Positions 9,223 to 17,807 of a stretch of DNA of 64,000 nt are shown one piece after another. The DNA comes from Nitrospinota bacterium (GTDB lineage Bacteria; Nitrospinota_A; UBA7883; JACRGQ01). The position numbers and the translations under genes are program-made. The stretch's first letter is position 1, and every line of letters starts with the position of its first letter. The stretch spans positions 367 through 64,366 of the forward strand of contig JACRGR010000032.1 of the NCBI GenBank assembly GCA_016212275.1. Reading direction: 5' to 3'. The notes under the pieces are model-generated. The model was not told the origin of the DNA. It saw nothing but the letters and a program-made list of their open reading frames with translations, and ran no database searches.

Positions 9223-10962
9223 TTAAGTTCTAGGTCTTGCTTTTTTTGCTACAGTGACTATGGCATCTAGTTTCTCCGAAATTTCAGAATCCAAGTTCTC
9301 GATAGGCATTAGGCTTGCGAGAACATGGTACTCGGATTTCCGTAGTTGCAACGGAAGATTCCTTTTCTTGAAGAATTTATTAAAAAGTGGATCAAGAAAC
9401 TCATCCGTCACCTTGATGTCAGGTGACCAAGGTTCGGGCTTGTTGAGGTCAATCAAAGCATCTTTTATCTCATCGATGGAATCACGCATTGCCTGTTCAC
9501 GTTCCTTTATTTCAGCACGACTGAACAAATCGTCCGGAGCATCCGGCAAATCATGTCCCGCGTAGGCAACCAATACCTCATTCGAACAAAAGTAGTTTTC
9601 AATTTCCCGGCGCTTCCACATCATTTCGTAGAGGGCACCAGTAGATTGAAGTTCACGATCCAAGCGATCAAATATGGCGATTCCCACCAAATCCTGCTTG
9701 GCCGCCCTTAACCCATAAAAGTGATCACGGGCTTTTTGTGGAAGATTGGTCTCTATGTATTTCACAAAGGGGCGCTCCAAGTATTGACTTGCCTCATGAT
9801 TTAGGGTTTTTGAAAAGGACTGTAGGATCGCAAGGTCTGTGGAATTCTCCAAGTACAACACCCACCCGGTTTCCTCGGCCTGTAGGTAATGGTCAAAGCC
9901 AATATCCGCTAATGATTTCAGTATTTGCTGGGGCCGATCATCAATTCGATGGGGGTTCCCTACAAATGCAATAACAACGTCTCGCCCAACCGCTTCTTGG
10001 AGCACCACTTCGGAATGGCTCGCGGCAATAATCTGAGATCCTTGCTGTTCTCCAACTTGAATAAGGAGCTTGTAGGTCTGGCGTTGGCGCAATATCTCAA
10101 GGTGCGCATCAGGTTCATCCAGGAGAAGGACGGCCCCAGGATTGGCATACATATGGGCGAGTAAAAGTAACGTCTGTTGCAAACCCCTTCCTGAAGACGA
10201 TAAATCGAGCTTGTTATTATACGCATCTCTGTAAGCCATCGTGATTTCACTGCGCTCAGAAATAAACTGTGGGGCTAAAAGCTCCACACCAAAGAAATCC
10301 CGAATGTTTCTTACAAGTTCTTCCCAATGCCCATTGCCACTACTATAAAGTTGAAAGCACAAGTTGCGAAGAACCTGGGCAGTTTGCCCTTGACCTATGA
10401 GTACTCCTATCTCGCCTGGTTGCTTGACAAACTCCCTATCAGAAAGACCTGACATAGGAGGAAGGAAAGCGATTCGGACATTTTCCATCTCATCGGGAAC
10501 TGGCATGCGCCCTGGAATCCCTCCCGTTCTCGAAGGCCGACAATAAAAAGACTCCTCGTTAAAATAGTCGAATTCAAGACCGCAAGACCATGCCCGATCG
10601 TGAGTCACACCATCCACGATTATTTCAACGCGAACATTCTGTGTTTTGGATGATTCCTTGCCGTTTTTCTTTACCCGCTCGCCTTCACGCACATGCAAAT
10701 TTCTCCAAAGGAGTTTAGCATCCGGAACAGGAATGGAAACCAAATCGCGCCGATTTAGCGGGACTCCGGACTTTTTCTCCGGAGATGGCTTGCCCTTTCG
10801 TTTTTCATTCCAACGTCGCAATCCGATATCCCAAAGAGCCAACGACTGCAAGGCCGTCGTTTTACCAGAATTATTTGGCCCTATCAGGACAACGGCCTTT
10901 CCAAGTTCAATTTCTACATCATCGAATCGTTTAAAGTTTCGAATTCTTAACCTGGTTAACAT
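9223..10962 (-). CDS. ABC/AAA ATPase fused to TOPRIM-like domain (OLD-like ATP-dependent nuclease candidate)
   Basis: IRNFKRF, GPNNSGKT, SGRG signature, LLLDEPDAHL, ASHS; C-terminal YLENSTD, IFDRLD, REIENYF; lower GC than flanks; alternative start 10992. Confidence 0.85.
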   Translation of the reverse strand: MLTRLRIRNFKRFDDVEIELGKAVVLIGPNNSGKTTALQSLALWDIGLRRWNEKRKGKPSPEKKSGVPLNRRDLVSIPVPDAKLLWRNLHVREGERVKKNGKESSKTQNVRVEIIVDGVTHDRAWSCGLEFDYFNEESFYCRPSRTGGIPGRMPVPDEMENVRIAFLPPMSGLSDREFVKQPGEIGVLIGQGQTAQVLRNLCFQLYSSGNGHWEELVRNIRDFFGVELLAPQFISERSEITMAYRDAYNNKLDLSSSGRGLQQTLLLLAHMYANPGAVLLLDEPDAHLEILRQRQTYKLLIQVGEQQGSQIIAASHSEVVLQEAVGRDVVIAFVGNPHRIDDRPQQILKSLADIGFDHYLQAEETGWVLYLENSTDLAILQSFSKTLNHEASQYLERPFVKYIETNLPQKARDHFYGLRAAKQDLVGIAIFDRLDRELQSTGALYEMMWKRREIENYFCSNEVLVAYAGHDLPDAPDDLFSRAEIKEREQAMRDSIDEIKDALIDLNKPEPWSPDIKVTDEFLDPLFNKFFKKRNLPLQLRKSEYHVLASLMPIENLDSEISEKLDAIVTVAKKARPRT

Positions 10963-11028
10963 GAGCGAAAAAGCTTTCCCAACCAAGGGCATATAACAGG
11001 ATATATTTTCGACTTGTCCATCGGCTAC

Positions 11029-12300
11029 CTACCGCGTGATGCCCTTCTTCTTCAGCTTTTCGACGAGCGTGGTGCGGTTCAATCCCAACAAAGTGGCGGC
11101 CTTGTTCTTCACCCAATTGCACTTCTCCAGCGCCTGGAGGATAAGCGCCATTTCGTACTCTTCCACCACCTCTTTCAGGTTGATTCCGGTCTCCGGAATC
11201 TCCATCACCGGGCCTTTTTGCGCGGGCGTTTCCAGTTCCGCCTCCTGCGCGCCAACCAACAGCATGTCCTGATACAGCATTTCCTCCGCCGACGAATCGG
11301 AACGGAACTGCATCGGCAGGTCGTCCACCTCTATCACGCCCTCGCCCTTTATGACCGCCATCCGCTCGCAGATGTTCTCCAGTTCGCGCACGTTGCCGGG
11401 CCAGTCGTACTCCTGCATCAGCGCCATCGCCTCCGGCAATACGCCGGTGATGTTGCGGTTCTTGCTCTTGTTGAACCGCTTCATGAAGTGGTCTATCAGC
11501 AGGGGCAGGTCGTCCTTGCGGTCGCGCAAGGGCGGGAGCTTGAGCGGGATGACGTTCAGGCGGTAGAACAGGTCCTCGCGGAACCGCTTTTCCTTGATCG
11601 CCTTTTCCAAGTTCTGGTTCGTGGCGGCAAGCACCCGCACGTTGGTCTTTATCACCTGGTTGCTCCCCACGCGCTCGAACTCCTGCTGTTGCAGAATGCG
11701 CAGGAGCTTCACCTGCAAGGTGGGGCTCATGTCGCCGATCTCGTCCAGGAATATCGTTCCCTCGTGCGCCATCTCGAACTTGCCGATGCGCGTGCGGATG
11801 GCGCCGGTGAACGACCCCTTCTCGTGGCCGAACAGCTCGCTCTCCAAAAGCTCTTCCGGGATCGCGCCGCAATTGACGGTCACGAAATTCCGGTCGCGCC
11901 GCGGCGAGTGCCAATGGATGGCGCGCGCGAAAAGCTCTTTGCCGGTGCCGGATTCGCCCAGCACCAACACGGTGGAATCGGTATCCGCCAAGCGCGTGAT
12001 GACGTTGAAAATATCCTTGAGCTTGGTGGATTGCCCGATGATGTTCGAGAACCGGAACGGCATTTTTCGCGGCGAGGATTTTTGAGCAATTTCCGGCGGC
12101 GCTTCCGGCGCGATTTCCGCCACCGGCTCCGCGACCGGTTCCGCAATAATTTCCGCCGGAGGTTCCTCGTCTAATTCAGAGGGCGGCTCCGCTCCTTCGT
12201 CTTCCGCCCGCACCGGCTCTGATTCATCGGCTGATGTCGGCGGTGGAACGGACTCTTCGATGTTTTCGGCTAAATCGAGATATTCATCGTTCGCGTTCAT
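11029..12300 (-). CDS. Sigma54-dependent enhancer-binding protein (Fis-HTH) with acidic Pro-rich N-terminus and no receiver domain
   Basis: GESGTGKE, ESELFGHEKGSFTGA, FLDEIGDM, WPGNVRELEN, AATLLGLNRTTLVEKLKK. Confidence 0.95.
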   Translation of the reverse strand: MNANDEYLDLAENIEESVPPPTSADESEPVRAEDEGAEPPSELDEEPPAEIIAEPVAEPVAEIAPEAPPEIAQKSSPRKMPFRFSNIIGQSTKLKDIFNVITRLADTDSTVLVLGESGTGKELFARAIHWHSPRRDRNFVTVNCGAIPEELLESELFGHEKGSFTGAIRTRIGKFEMAHEGTIFLDEIGDMSPTLQVKLLRILQQQEFERVGSNQVIKTNVRVLAATNQNLEKAIKEKRFREDLFYRLNVIPLKLPPLRDRKDDLPLLIDHFMKRFNKSKNRNITGVLPEAMALMQEYDWPGNVRELENICERMAVIKGEGVIEVDDLPMQFRSDSSAEEMLYQDMLLVGAQEAELETPAQKGPVMEIPETGINLKEVVEEYEMALILQALEKCNWVKNKAATLLGLNRTTLVEKLKKKGITR

Positions 12301-12555
12301 GAATTTGACGCTCTCGCGCCCCCCACGTTAGTTAATTCCATCAAATTAGATGTAATTTACTTAACAATTAACCAAAATTCAAGCAAATAAATTTAGACAA
12401 TAGTAGCATGACAAAATAAAATCGTCAAATAACCATCCATCTGATGATTCCTATTTAAAGTCCCTTTTTATGCACTAGCTTTACCATGCGTATGCAATAG
12501 TGAACATTACATGCCGACAGATATTCATAAGATATTGTTTATTATTTAAATATTC

Positions 12556-12572
12556 TTGGCACACCTTGTGCT
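12556..12572 (+). promoter_or_regulatory. Sigma54 (-24/-12) promoter divergent from the activator gene
   Basis: TTGGCACACCTTGTGCT with correct GG-N10-GC spacing after an AT-rich region containing TGAC-N11-GTCA (12409-12427). Confidence 0.7.
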
Positions 12573-12585
12573 TTTTCATTAGGGC

Positions 12586-12720
12586 ATGGAAGCAAACGTT
12601 ACGCACATAAATGAAAACGGAACCAGAAAGTGCCCTACAGCCAAGGGAAAAAGCTCCGATATGTCATTGGTAAAACTGGAGAGCAAGGAAATGGGATTGA
12701 AAGGAAGGGATGAGCGATGA
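12586..12720 (+). CDS. Possible 44-aa small protein
   Basis: MEANVTHINENGTRKCPTAKGKSSDMSLVKLESKEMGLKGRDER; starts near the predicted sigma54 +1 and its stop overlaps the next start (ATGA). Confidence 0.35.
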   Translation: MEANVTHINENGTRKCPTAKGKSSDMSLVKLESKEMGLKGRDER

Positions 12721-12884
12721 AACGGCATGAACGGCTTCCCCTGTTCTGCAAAAAATGCGCAAACGTGCGGGAGACGATTTTCAGCGGCGAACAGTACTGC
12801 AAATTGCAGTGCAAGTACAACCCCGCGCACCGGATTTCCGCGTGGCGCTCTTTCTATAAAAAGAAACAGGGGGTGGCCGCCTAG
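12717..12884 (+). CDS. 55-aa Cys-rich basic small protein (CxxC...CxxxC)
   Basis: MKRHERLPLFCKKCANVRETIFSGEQYCKLQCKYNPAHRISAWRSFYKKKQGVAA; purine-rich SD-like region upstream; below the ORF-track size cutoff. Confidence 0.6.
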   Translation: MKRHERLPLFCKKCANVRETIFSGEQYCKLQCKYNPAHRISAWRSFYKKKQGVAA

Positions 12885-13011
12885 CAGGGCGCGGCCCACG
12901 GCGGATGTCCCGAATCGCCTCATTGGAAATGAAAGGCAGTCCACCGCGCTCCGGCATTTTTGTCCCTCGCTCCCCTGTGTCTGCGGTGGATTATTGGCTA
13001 TAATCCTCCCT

Positions 13012-14037
13012 ATGAAAAACGGCCATTTGAAACGGTGCTGGGAGATTCTTCCCGCCGTCTCGCGCAGTTTCGCGCTGTGCATCCAAAAGCTCCCCGCCGG
13101 GCTGGACGAAAAGATCATGCTCGCGTACCTCGTCTTCCGCGTCATTGACACGATAGAGGATTCCTCCGCGCCGCTTGAAACGAAGGAAGAAGCCTTCGCT
13201 GAATTTTTGGCGCTCATGGAACAGCGCCCCGTGGACGAAAAACGGTTCGGACTGCACCGCGATATGCTGGTGGCGCGGATAGACCACACCTACGAGCGAG
13301 CGCTATTCGACAACGTGCCAAGCGTGTTCGAGGTATTTTACGGATTCGGCGCGGAGGAGCGGGCGGTGATTTTGAAATACGCGCGCGAAATGGTGGAGGG
13401 GATGCTGAAATTCCAAAATACCCCCATCGCCGATTTCAAGGCGCAGGAGGAATACTGCTACTACGTCGCGGGCATCGTGGGATACCTGAACACCCACCTA
13501 TTCCACCTGTCGGGGCATATCGGCGCGGAACTGCGCGACGAACTGCTGGGGCTTTCAAAGAACTTCGGCATCGCACTGCAAAAGGTGAACGTCCTGCGCG
13601 ACGTGGCATACGACATCCCCCAAGGACGCAAGTTCTGGCCACTGGACGTTTTGCAAAAACACGGGCTAACTTACGAAACGCTGTGCGCCCCGGAGCGCCG
13701 CGCCGACGCGATGAAGGTGCTTGCCGAAATGGTGGAGAACGCCCTGCCCTATCTGGAGGACGCCATCGAATACACCACGCGACTGCCCCGCTTCGAGGTG
13801 CGCGTGCGGGTGTTCTGCCTCATCCCGCTGTTCATGGCGCTGGAGTCGTACGCGAAATGCGTGGGGAACGAGGACATCTTCAATTCCGGCAAGACCGTGA
13901 AAATATCGAAGGAAGACGTGGCCCGCATCGTGCGCCACTCGTTCGTACTGTCGCCGTTCAACGGCGCCTTGCGCCGGTGGTTCCGCTCCTGCACCGCCGA
14001 TGTCCGCCAGAAACTTTCCGCTACCAACGGAAGATAA
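13012..14037 (+). CDS. Squalene/phytoene synthase family (single-enzyme squalene synthase type)
   Basis: VSRSFAL, YLVFRVIDTIED, YCYYVAGIVG, LQKVNVLRD, FCLIPL; start trimmed to ATG 13012. Confidence 0.9.
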   Translation: MKNGHLKRCWEILPAVSRSFALCIQKLPAGLDEKIMLAYLVFRVIDTIEDSSAPLETKEEAFAEFLALMEQRPVDEKRFGLHRDMLVARIDHTYERALFDNVPSVFEVFYGFGAEERAVILKYAREMVEGMLKFQNTPIADFKAQEEYCYYVAGIVGYLNTHLFHLSGHIGAELRDELLGLSKNFGIALQKVNVLRDVAYDIPQGRKFWPLDVLQKHGLTYETLCAPERRADAMKVLAEMVENALPYLEDAIEYTTRLPRFEVRVRVFCLIPLFMALESYAKCVGNEDIFNSGKTVKISKEDVARIVRHSFVLSPFNGALRRWFRSCTADVRQKLSATNGR

Positions 14038-14164
14038 GCCACAGAGTCACGGGAAAAAACTCCATCCGCAGATTGCACAGATTTCACAGATTTTGGTTCA
14101 CAGGCAATTTCTCCATCTGCGCCATCGGCATAATCTGCGGATAGCTTTCTCCGTATCTGTGGTT
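14037..14164. repeat. Nested REP-like inverted repeats between convergent genes (inner CGCAGAT family, outer CCACAGAG family)
   Basis: atccgcagattgcacagatttcacagattt ... atctgcgccatcggcataatctgcggat inside agccacagagtcacggga ... ctccgtatctgtggtt. Confidence 0.75.
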
Positions 14165-14963
14165 ACCCCTTTCTTGTGAAGGCAAAGGTAGTCATGGAGA
14201 GGGTGCCGTACTGCCAGCCGCGGAAAATGATCTCCAGCGAATCGTTTTCATTCGCGCATCCCAGCGCGAAAAACAGCGGCAAAAAATGATCCGCTTCCGG
14301 GTGCGCAAGCGGTGCGTTCGGCGCGTCCGCCATGAAGCGCGAAAGCGCGTCCACATCCCGCGCGGCCACTTTCTCCATCACCCATTGTTCAAATGAGGCG
14401 TACGCCGGTTCCGGCGGAGCGTTTTTCCCGCGCCAGTTGAGCGCGCCAAGATTGTGCGTCATGCTCCCGCTCCCAATGAGCAGGATATTTTCCCCTCGCA
14501 AGAGGGCCAGCGCCTTTCCCATTTCCATAACCGTTTCGGGCTTGGCGGGATATGGCATGGAAACCTGCACCACCGGCACGTCCGCCGATGGATACAGTAT
14601 CTTCAGCGGCACCCATGCGCCGTGGTCCAGCCCCCGCTTTTCATCGAGCGCCGCATCAACCCCCGCGTTGGAAAGTATCCCCGCTATCCTTTCCGCCAGC
14701 GCGGGATAGCCGGGTGCGGAATATTCCATAGCGAACAGTTCCTTGGCGAACCCGCCAAAATCGTAGATGACATGGTTCGCCGCGCATGAGGTAATACCGA
14801 TTCTCCCGCTGGCGGGCAAGTGCGCGGACAGAACAACAATGGCGGCGGGTTTCGGGATACCCGCCGCGAACCGTTTCAGCCCTTCGTGGAAACCGTCCTT
14901 TTCCAACAGGACGGTCGGCGCCCCGTGCGAGATGAACAGCGCGGGGGCGACAACCGTTTCCAT
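14163..14963 (-). CDS. DODA-type extradiol ring-cleavage dioxygenase (LigB/YgiD family)
   Basis: LFISHGAP, GLDHGAWVPL, GSGSMTHNL, AHPEADHFLPL. Confidence 0.92.
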   Translation of the reverse strand: METVVAPALFISHGAPTVLLEKDGFHEGLKRFAAGIPKPAAIVVLSAHLPASGRIGITSCAANHVIYDFGGFAKELFAMEYSAPGYPALAERIAGILSNAGVDAALDEKRGLDHGAWVPLKILYPSADVPVVQVSMPYPAKPETVMEMGKALALLRGENILLIGSGSMTHNLGALNWRGKNAPPEPAYASFEQWVMEKVAARDVDALSRFMADAPNAPLAHPEADHFLPLFFALGCANENDSLEIIFRGWQYGTLSMTTFAFTRKG

Positions 14964-14967
14964 CACG

Positions 14968-15555
14968 TCACTTTTGCTGTACCCCTTCGATCTCAAGGGA
15001 AAGCTTCACCTCGTTCCCCACTACCAAGCCGCCGGTCTCCAGCACCTTGTTGAAACTGACCCCGAAGTCGTTGCGGTTGATCGTGCCGGATGCGGTGAAC
15101 CCCGCCCGCTGGTTGCCCCACGGATCCTTCACCGCGCCGAGGAATTCCCCTTCCAGCGTCACTTCTTTCGTCACGCCGCGGATGGTCAGGTCGCCGGTCA
15201 CGCGCAGTTTGTCGCCCGTGGCGGCGGCCTTCTTCATGACAAAGGACATTTCCGGGAATTTTTGCGCGTCGAAAAAATCGGGCGAGCGCAGGTGGTCGTC
15301 GCGCTTTGGCTCGTTGGTATTGACGCTCGCGACTTTGATGACCGCGTTCGCGGCGGTAAGGGCCTTGCTCTTCTCGTCGAACGAGAACGTCCCGGCGAAG
15401 TCGCCAAAGTTCCCCTTCACGTTCGATATGACCATGTGCTTCACCGAAAACCCGACGTTGGAATGTGCTTTATCCACCGCGTATTGAGCCGCGAATACCG
15501 GCTGGAAAAACACGGCAAGCGCCAGTGCGAACGAAATGAATATCGCCTTTTTCAT
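14968..15555 (-). CDS. yceI: YceI family polyisoprenoid-binding protein
   Basis: Signal peptide; VDKAHSNVGFSVKH, RDDHLRSPDFFD, GDLTIRGVTK. Confidence 0.93.
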   Translation of the reverse strand: MKKAIFISFALALAVFFQPVFAAQYAVDKAHSNVGFSVKHMVISNVKGNFGDFAGTFSFDEKSKALTAANAVIKVASVNTNEPKRDDHLRSPDFFDAQKFPEMSFVMKKAAATGDKLRVTGDLTIRGVTKEVTLEGEFLGAVKDPWGNQRAGFTASGTINRNDFGVSFNKVLETGGLVVGNEVKLSLEIEGVQQK

Positions 15556-15568
15556 TATTCCTCCCTGT

Positions 15569-15823
15569 TCACGGCAGTTTTGTATGCGCGCCATCGCACC
15601 ACGGGGGCATTTTGGTATTCTTGCACGCGCACCACGGTTTCTTGCCGTCTTCGTCCACTTCCACCTTCAGCGGAGCGTTCGGCTGGTTGGCGAATCCGGC
15701 GGCTTTGTGCGCGCCGTCGCAGTACGGCTGTTTTTGCGAGTGGCCGCACCCGCACCAGTAGTAGGTCCCTTTCGGGGTCTCCATAACAATGGGACCTTTT
15801 TTCGCCACCTTCGGTTCCGGCAT
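15569..15823 (-). CDS. CDGSH iron-sulfur domain protein (two CDGSH motifs)
   Basis: WCGCGHSQKQPYCDGAH and WCACKNTKMPPWCDGAH. Confidence 0.93.
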   Translation of the reverse strand: MPEPKVAKKGPIVMETPKGTYYWCGCGHSQKQPYCDGAHKAAGFANQPNAPLKVEVDEDGKKPWCACKNTKMPPWCDGAHTKLP

Positions 15824-15918
15824 CGTTTCCTCCCTTCAAAACAGGTTGCTCATTCCGGGCCTTCCACCGGCCCGCCGGACTTACTAAACCATTTAGAACG
15901 TCTTGATTCAAGTGGCGG

Positions 15919-16257
15919 TCATTTCCCCGCCTGGTACACCGTTTCCCCCTCTTCCGCGAACTGCGTGAACAGCGATCCGCCGGTCTCGAACTCCTCGGTG
16001 GTGAGCGTGATGATGTCGAACGGCACCTGATATTTCCGCATCGCGGTCATCTCGGCGTTTTTCGTCAGGCGGGCGCGCTCGAATATCGTTTTACCCTTGA
16101 AGTCCTCCGACATGATGAGGATGTCAATATCGCTTTCCTCCTGCAGGTCGCCCCGCGTGCGTGAGCCGTACAGGACGATCTTTGAAAGGTTCACGCCGTC
16201 GGCGATCAGGGTGTCCTTCAGGCAGTTGATGGCCGCTATAACCGCGTCTTTATCCAT
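15919..16257 (-). CDS. Minimal nucleotidyltransferase (MNT) antitoxin
   Basis: LYGSRTRGDLQEESDIDIL. Confidence 0.9.
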   Translation of the reverse strand: MDKDAVIAAINCLKDTLIADGVNLSKIVLYGSRTRGDLQEESDIDILIMSEDFKGKTIFERARLTKNAEMTAMRKYQVPFDIITLTTEEFETGGSLFTQFAEEGETVYQAGK

Positions 16258-16616
16258 ATCAGGGCCTCCCTGCTGTGGGTGATCAATTGGCGGGTCTTTT
16301 CCTCGTCAAAGTTGTTCAGCATCTTGTGCAGGTCGTCCGGGTAGCGTATCTGCGTACTGATGCGGTTGAGGGTGTACATGAAGTCCTCCAGATGTTCGGG
16401 CACATGCAGGCGCATCCGCTCGATGAGGTAGATGAGGCTGTGCGTCTTGGGGGGTATCTTGCCCAGCTTGGCGGTGAAAAGCCCCTTGAGCGCCTTTTCC
16501 AGCGAAAGGTGGCACATGAACACCGCGTAAAAAAAACGTCCCACGTTGCAGATCAGCTCGGCGGTGTCCATATCGAACTCCGCCTGCCGGAACCATTCGT
16601 TGGGCCGTTTTTTCAT
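16236..16616 (-). CDS. HEPN domain protein (HEPN/MNT pair)
   Basis: WFRQAEFD, FMCHLSLEKALKG, KTHSL, RYPD. Confidence 0.9.
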   Translation of the reverse strand: MKKRPNEWFRQAEFDMDTAELICNVGRFFYAVFMCHLSLEKALKGLFTAKLGKIPPKTHSLIYLIERMRLHVPEHLEDFMYTLNRISTQIRYPDDLHKMLNNFDEEKTRQLITHSREALIWIKTRL

Positions 16617-16670
16617 TTCACCGCCGTTCGGATATTGGTGGTTTCAAACACTCCTGACGAATCAACAAAA

Positions 16671-16730
16671 TGTCATGCCCGTAAAAACGGGCCTCCAGAA
16701 TACTGGATTCCCGCCTGCGCGGGAATGACA
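16671..16730. repeat. REP/dRS3-like palindrome doublet
   Basis: tgtcatgcccgtaaaaacgggcctccag-aata-ctggattcccgcctgcgcgggaatgaca. Confidence 0.8.
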
Positions 16731-16757
16731 TCGTAATGAGCTATTGTTTAAATCGCC

Positions 16758-17231
16758 TTACATATCCCGGTTATGGATGGTGACGAGCTTGTTGATCATG
16801 TACTCCCGTTTGCCCGCCGGAAGCACCACGGAAAACTCGTCCCCCGCCTTTTTCCCCAGCATCGCCTTGCCTATCGGCGCCTGGATGGAGATCTTTCCCG
16901 CCGCGGCGTCCACCAGGTCTGCTATCACCAGTTCGTATTTCACCTCTTTACCGGTGTCCAGGTCTTCAAGCGTCACCAGCGAGCCAAGCCCCACGGAATC
17001 CCTGGCTATCTTCTCGAAATCTATCGAGCGCAAAAAGCGGATGCGCTCGCTTATCTGCGCGCCGCGCGCCTCGGTGTTGCGCTTCTTCTCGCGGGCCGCG
17101 TGGTATTCGGCGTTTTCCTTCAGGTCGCCCAGCGAGGCGGCCCGGTTTATCTCGTTCGGTATTTCGGATGCCAGCAGGCGCTTGATGTCCCCCAACTCCG
17201 CTTCCAGTTTCGCGATGGTATCTTTCAACAT
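16758..17231 (-). CDS. greA: Transcription elongation factor GreA/GreB family
   Basis: AASLGDLKENAEYHAARE, ISIQAPIGKAMLGKKAGD. Confidence 0.9.
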   Translation of the reverse strand: MLKDTIAKLEAELGDIKRLLASEIPNEINRAASLGDLKENAEYHAAREKKRNTEARGAQISERIRFLRSIDFEKIARDSVGLGSLVTLEDLDTGKEVKYELVIADLVDAAAGKISIQAPIGKAMLGKKAGDEFSVVLPAGKREYMINKLVTIHNRDM

Positions 17232-17427
17232 AATAACCGTGTCCTTTTCGATGGTTGATGGATTTCCGCCTACCGGTATATATAGCACACCACGGGCGGG
17301 ATTCGCACCCGCCACCGCGCTAAATCATTGAAATTTGCCTTGTTTCCATCCGCCGGAAAATGTTACAAAGGTCGTGACGCATGGTTGGTGTTTTGCGGTG
17401 CGGGAAAAATCACATGAAAGATATGAA

Positions 17428-17802
17428 ATGAGAAAACGGCCGATACTGGTCATTGACGACGAATTTCACGTCACCCGCGCGCTTGCTTTCCTGCTTGAGG
17501 AAAACCATTTCGGATGCATCGCGCAAAACAGCGCGGAAAACCTCCATGAAATCCTGGAAAAGAACATGCCCAAGGTGGTGGTGCTGGACATTAACATGCC
17601 GAAGATGGACGGCTTCGAGGTATGCCAGAGCATCCGCGCCGACAACAAATACGACGACGTGGTGATCATCATTCTTTCCGGCAGGAGCCAAAAAGAAGAT
17701 ATGGATAAAGCGTTCCAGTCCGGCGCGAACGAATATTTTGTAAAGCCGTTCAGCCCGCTGGCCTTGCGGGACAAGATACTGAGCATCTACGGGGAAGCGT
17801 AG
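17428..17802 (+). CDS. Single-domain response regulator
   Basis: ILVIDDE, LDINMPKMDG, YFVKPF. Confidence 0.9.
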   Translation: MRKRPILVIDDEFHVTRALAFLLEENHFGCIAQNSAENLHEILEKNMPKVVVLDINMPKMDGFEVCQSIRADNKYDDVVIIILSGRSQKEDMDKAFQSGANEYFVKPFSPLALRDKILSIYGEA

Positions 17803-17807
17803 CCCCC

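Noticed and set aside
12727-13011. N-terminal extension of squalene synthase
   Set aside because: No family similarity, overlaps the better 55-aa ORF, and a -10 box sits just before ATG 13012
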